Assembly: GCF_009914755.1 (NCBI RefSeq)
Contig: NC_060929.1
DNA length: 64,000 nt
Source of the DNA: the human T2T-CHM13v2.0 reference genome, Homo sapiens
Reading direction: 5' to 3' (one strand)
A program made the position numbers and the translations under genes. The notes under the pieces were generated by a model. It did no database searches. It saw only the letters and a list, made by a program, of their open reading frames with translations, and was not told the origin of the DNA. Below are positions 59,374-64,000 of the stretch, piece after piece (positions within the stretch are counted from its first letter, which is position 1; each line of letters opens with the position of its first letter).

Positions 59374-59724
59374 TGATATGGTTGGACCCAAAATCTCATC
59401 ATGAATTGTAAACCCCATAATCCCCAGGTGTCAAGGGTGGGACCAGGTGGAGGTAATCAGATCATGGGGCTCATTTCCCCTATGCTGTTTTCCTGATAAT
59501 GAGTGAGTCCCGTGAGATCTGATGTTTTTATAAGCATCTGGCATTTCCCCTGCTTGCACTCATTCTCTCTCTTGCCACCTTGTGAAGATGTGCCTTTCAC
59601 TGTGATTGTAAGCTTCCTAAGGCCTTACCAGCTATGCAGAACTGTGAGTCAATTAAACCTCTTTTCTTATAAATTACCCAGTCTTGGGTATTTCTTCATA
59701 GCAGCATAAGAATGGACCAATACA
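59374..59724 (+). mobile_element. THE1D solo LTR
   Basis: TGATATGGTT...AAGCATCTGGCATTTCCCCTGCTTGCACTCATTCTCTC...GGACCAATACA; TSD CCCCC/CCCTC. Confidence 0.92.
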
Positions 59725-62082
59725 CCCTCCCAGTATCTTTTAGAACTCTTAAGGTCACTGAAGTTTAAGTAGATATTAAGAGGCAGGAAAACGTCCACTA
59801 AATTTTGGAGTGCAATGGACTGTAACAATGATAATGCGCCTGACTCATTTCTGAACCTGAGAAGCTTATCATTCATAGTTCAATTGCATGCAATCATTTT
59901 GTCAAAAAGATGTACTCCAGAGTACTTTATCAGCTTGAACCTGTAAGTGGTGAAGAAATTAAATCCAAGCCAAATGGTATTTGGATTCTGTGGATGAATA
60001 GTGCCTGGTCTAGTAGAGCCCATATAAGAGGCCTAAAGAAATTCAAAAATCACCAAGAGGTACCTTCTCTTTTCTGAAAATAACACCTGGCTTTGTACTC
60101 CTTCTCTACTTCTACTACTTTTTAGTTTAAATTTTCCACATATCTCTCTCTTAATCCCACGTTGAACAATGATTTTTTTTTTCTAGATGGGGGATCATTT
60201 GAATGATACTTTTTCTTATTGTATTATTGCTTGATTCTATTTAGCTCTGATGCATTGTCCTATAGCCACAAGGACAATTGACATCTGGGTATGACATGGA
60301 GTTATGATCATTAAATTCCTTTCTCTCTCTTGCTCAGTGTGCGGAGTCCTTCTTGTCTAGAAAGCAGGACAGTCACACTACCTAAATATTGTTTTTTGCT
60401 AAAATTTGAAAATAAAAAATGTACTCTCAGAAATGGGTGAATGCTTTAAAATTATCTGTGCATTTTAAACATATTTCGTACTATTCACTATGAACAGGGT
60501 GTACCATGTCATTATTTTAAAATGGAGAATTATTTTGGACATATTGGCCATCATCTGTCAATCTGTTGGTTACAAATTAATTTAATAAAATATTTCATTA
60601 AGGTTTAGATATTTTTAGTATATATTAAATTAATAATCACCCATTCTTCAGTTATATTTTAATGGGAGTTGGTTTGTATGCAAGTTAACTACTTTCTAAT
60701 TACATAATCTTTCATGATCATTTAGCTATTTAAGTTACAGATTCTTCAACTGTAATATGGTCATGAAATAACTAGATGAAGGTATCATGAATACAAAATG
60801 AAGTAATAACAGAGCAAAAGGTCATGAAATATGCTAATTAATATTAAAAGTATATACAGTTTAGTCTGTTATCTTGAGAATTAGGTGAGATTAACTACTT
60901 AAAAGTACATGTTAAATAGAGCCCTTGAAGAAATTTTAGCATGATTTTTATTGTCAAAATAATATTGAAAATGACATCACTTTAAATTATAAATAACAAA
61001 GATATCCTTGGCTTTTAAGATGTAAGCAGATATTATCCTTCAAGCATTTTTATTAGCAATTTCTCTTTATGCAACCTATAGATATTGTTCTATGTTTACT
61101 CTTCAACCTGTAGCTGAGCTGTAGATGCTGTTTGTGCATCATTGCTTTGGCTACTTCAATATGGATTATCAGGATTTACTCTGAAGCTGGAAATCTGTGT
61201 CAATTAACTACACCAGTGCACTTAAGGCCTCTATTATTGTAGAAATTCTATTGGATTCCCTCAGTTCCACATCATGCCCTCACTACATTCCACATTATTC
61301 TCCTGACATCGATGCCTCTGCTTCTTGATTCCCTGGCCAAGCCAGAGTTTAACATTTCATATTAAAACTATAATAAATAGGGTATAACAGAAAGTTTGCA
61401 AATATAAGGAAGAATGCTCAGTAACTATGAAGAAGGACAGAGATCATGAGACAGACAAAAAAGAAAGAGAGATTCAACTACTATGAAATGAAAAATTGTA
61501 CTTGTGTAATTTTATGATACTTCTTATCAACAAGATTAAAAGAGAGATGGCAGGGATTCTAGCATCCCCAAATATCCTGAGTTTTCTGGACATTAGCAGA
61601 CTAACCCTACTAAATTTGGTGTTATAAGAGGTTGTATGTTTGTGTATAAATTACCAGCTGATGCTTTATGTACAATTTTTCAGCATCATGGAATTTTCTA
61701 TTGTGTCTTTGGCATAGCTAATTGATTCCTCTGTTTCAAGTATCAAAATACTTAGACTTTGCATCTAAATACGTATGTAAGCTCTTGAATTTAGATAGCG
61801 AAGGCCACAGCCTCAAACATTTGCCTTGTTTGGCGATGAATACTGATGGTTTCTTTAGCAAAGAAATGATTCATATTCAATAAATCAAGGACATTATACA
61901 TTTGTGCTGAATTTACTGAATGTATTTTAGTTATGGCTGTAAATTTGTTTGAATTTGTTACCCAGAATATGGTCAGATTATAAAATGAAATTTCTTAACT
62001 GTATTATTATTTTTTCAAACTTTATATACTCATAATATAATTTCTTTAAAAATGCATAACATAATATACCAAGAACAAGAAT

Positions 62083-62354
62083 ATCCCAGCACTTTGGAAG
62101 GCTGAGGTGGGCAGATTACTTGGAGTCAGGCATTCAAGACCAGCCCGGCCAACATGGTGAAACCCCATCTCTACTAAAAATACAAAAATTAGCTGGGCTT
62201 GGTGGCAGGTACCTGTAATCCCAGCTACTTGGGAGGCTGAGGCAGAACAATCACTTGAACCCAGGAGGCAGAGGCTGCAGGGATCCAAGATTGTGCTACA
62301 GCACTGCAGCCTGGGCAACAGAGCAAGACTCCGTCTAAAAAATAAAAATAAAAA
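62083..62354 (+). mobile_element. AluS, about 27 bp 5'-truncated
   Basis: Starts at ATCCCAGCACTTTGG; TSD AAGAACAAGAA at 62071-62081 and 62355-62365. Confidence 0.94.
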
Positions 62355-62881
62355 AAGAACAAGAACAGTACGATTTGTATTGAATTGGAACTGAAAATTT
62401 AGGTTTTAAAAATCACCTTCAAAATTTGGGAAATAATAGTCTTGAAATTTTCTTGAAAGAAAGCATGGAGGCATGAAGTCATCCATGTTAAAAGGAAGGA
62501 CAAAAATAGGAAAATGATAAAGAAAGCAGTGAAGGAAAATAAAAACTGGAACATCTGATTTCTCACTTAAGCTTATTCCAAACAGAATAAAGTGAAAACA
62601 ATACAATTTCAAAACAGATTTAATATTCTTTCTGTGTGACACCCATGAGCACAGACTAGTCTTTTATATTGTTTGTTTTCATAAAAATACAAAATATTTA
62701 GGTGTATACACATATTAGGTATCGAAATTGAGGTTTCAGTTCAATTATAATATTGTCTTTTCCCATATGTTTCTTTTGTAAATATTGAAAACTTGAACTG
62801 TTTTGATAATCTTGATGTGAAATGTTTCTGAGAATATACTAAACATTCATTAGAACTATTGTTTTAATATTGAACCAAGTA

Positions 62882-63025
62882 ACCAGACATGGTGGCTTAT
62901 GCCTATAATACCAGTACTTTGAGAGGCTGAGACAGGAGGATTAGTTGAGGCCAGGAGGTTCTAGACCAGCAACATAGAAAGACCTTGTCTCAATAAAAAA
63001 AAATAATAAGCCAGGTGTGGTGGTG
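62882..63025 (+). mobile_element. Alu left monomer (AluJ-like), 3'-truncated into a microsatellite
   Basis: CCAGACATGGTGGCTTATGCCTATAA...AGCCAGGTGTGGTGGTG. Confidence 0.85.
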
Positions 63026-63027
63026 AA

Positions 63028-63101
63028 ATATATATATAAATACATATATGATACATATATAATACATATATATACGTACATGTGCACACAAGCACATGAG
63101 A

Positions 63102-63142
<41 letters not shown>
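63028..63142. repeat. (TA)n/(CA)n microsatellite
   Basis: Degenerate TA tract, then a pure CA run. Confidence 0.93.
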
Positions 63143-63145
<3 letters not shown>

Positions 63146-63549
63146 GAGTAACCAAACTCTTGATTTTCTTAAAAGAAGATTTAAGGTCATCAAAATCTTA
63201 AGTTCTCTTCACTTAGCTAGGCATAATATTATTTACAAATAATTTTCAAAAAAAAGAAAAATTCAATTGTAAATTGAATAAGAAACTTTCTTTTGTAACA
63301 AAACACTCCATGCTGATATTTAAAACATTATTTGAGGTTATAGCTTTTTACATATGGCATATGTTATAATTTGAGAATAGTTTTAAAAATATTAATGGTA
63401 GACTGAGAGTTAAACTAACTAGTCCATTCTTTTAATTATATTGCATGTGGACCTTCCATAGAGAATACTTTGTGAATCTGTGAAAGAGAAAATAATGTAT
63501 GTATGTCATAGAATTCTTGGTACAAAAACAGAATAATGGCATGACTTAA

Positions 63550-63921
63550 TATCTTAGTCTGTGTGAGTTGCTGTAACAAGTACCACAAACTGGGTGGCCA
63601 ATTAACAACAAAAATTTGTCTCTCACAGTTTGGGAAGCTGGGAAGCTCAAGATCAAGGCACCAGCAGATTCACTGTCTAGCAATGGTCCATTTCCTAGAC
63701 AGCTGTCTTTTTGCTATAACCTCACATAATGGAAAGGATGAGGAATTTCTCCGTGGTGAAATGGTTATTGTGTTTTATAAAGACAATAATCCTATTTATG
63801 AGGGGTCTGCCTTCATTAACTAGTCACACCTCTTAGCAGCCCACCTCCTAAAACCATCACCTTGGGGATTAGGATTTCAACACATGGATTTGAGGGGGGC
63901 ATAAACATTCAGGGCATTGCA
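63550..63921 (-). mobile_element. MLT1A/MLT1A0 solo LTR
   Basis: TCTTAGTCTG...CAAGATCAAGGCACCAGCAGATTC...CCATCACCTTGGGGATTAGGATTTCAACA...CATTGCA; TSD CTTAA/CTTAG. Confidence 0.88.
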
Positions 63922-64000
63922 CTTAGGTCAGCCCCTCTCTGAAAGGCTACATTTAAAATTATAGAGAGGGGCAATAAAGTGTTTGACCTACATTCAATTT

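Overview
This window is AT-rich, CpG-poor primate genomic DNA, almost certainly human, because it contains an AluYb8 (a human-specific subfamily). It reads as a gene desert or deep intron. I find no protein-coding gene, RNA gene or CRISPR array; the listed ORFs are L1 ORF1/ORF2 remnants, Alu/LTR/microsatellite reading-frame artefacts or chance ORFs. The window is a mosaic of about 20 Alu/FLAM copies, several L1s (L1PA2, L1PA5/6, L1PA15/16, old L1M), MaLR/ERV LTRs, one complete THE1D element, DNA-transposon MITEs, MIR/L2 relics and microsatellites. Subfamily names come from diagnostic motifs recognised by eye, not from a RepeatMasker run. The most notable signals are retrotransposition scars and possible regulatory co-options: a THE1D element carrying a nested THE1B LTR and an L1 with an apparent 3' transduction; a twin-primed L1PA2 missing about 1.9 kb; a young AluYb8; a templated fold-back filler at an L1 deletion junction; and a solo LTR1-family LTR with a TATA box and splice donor upstream of candidate non-coding exons. 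I see no convincing new multi-gene biological system.
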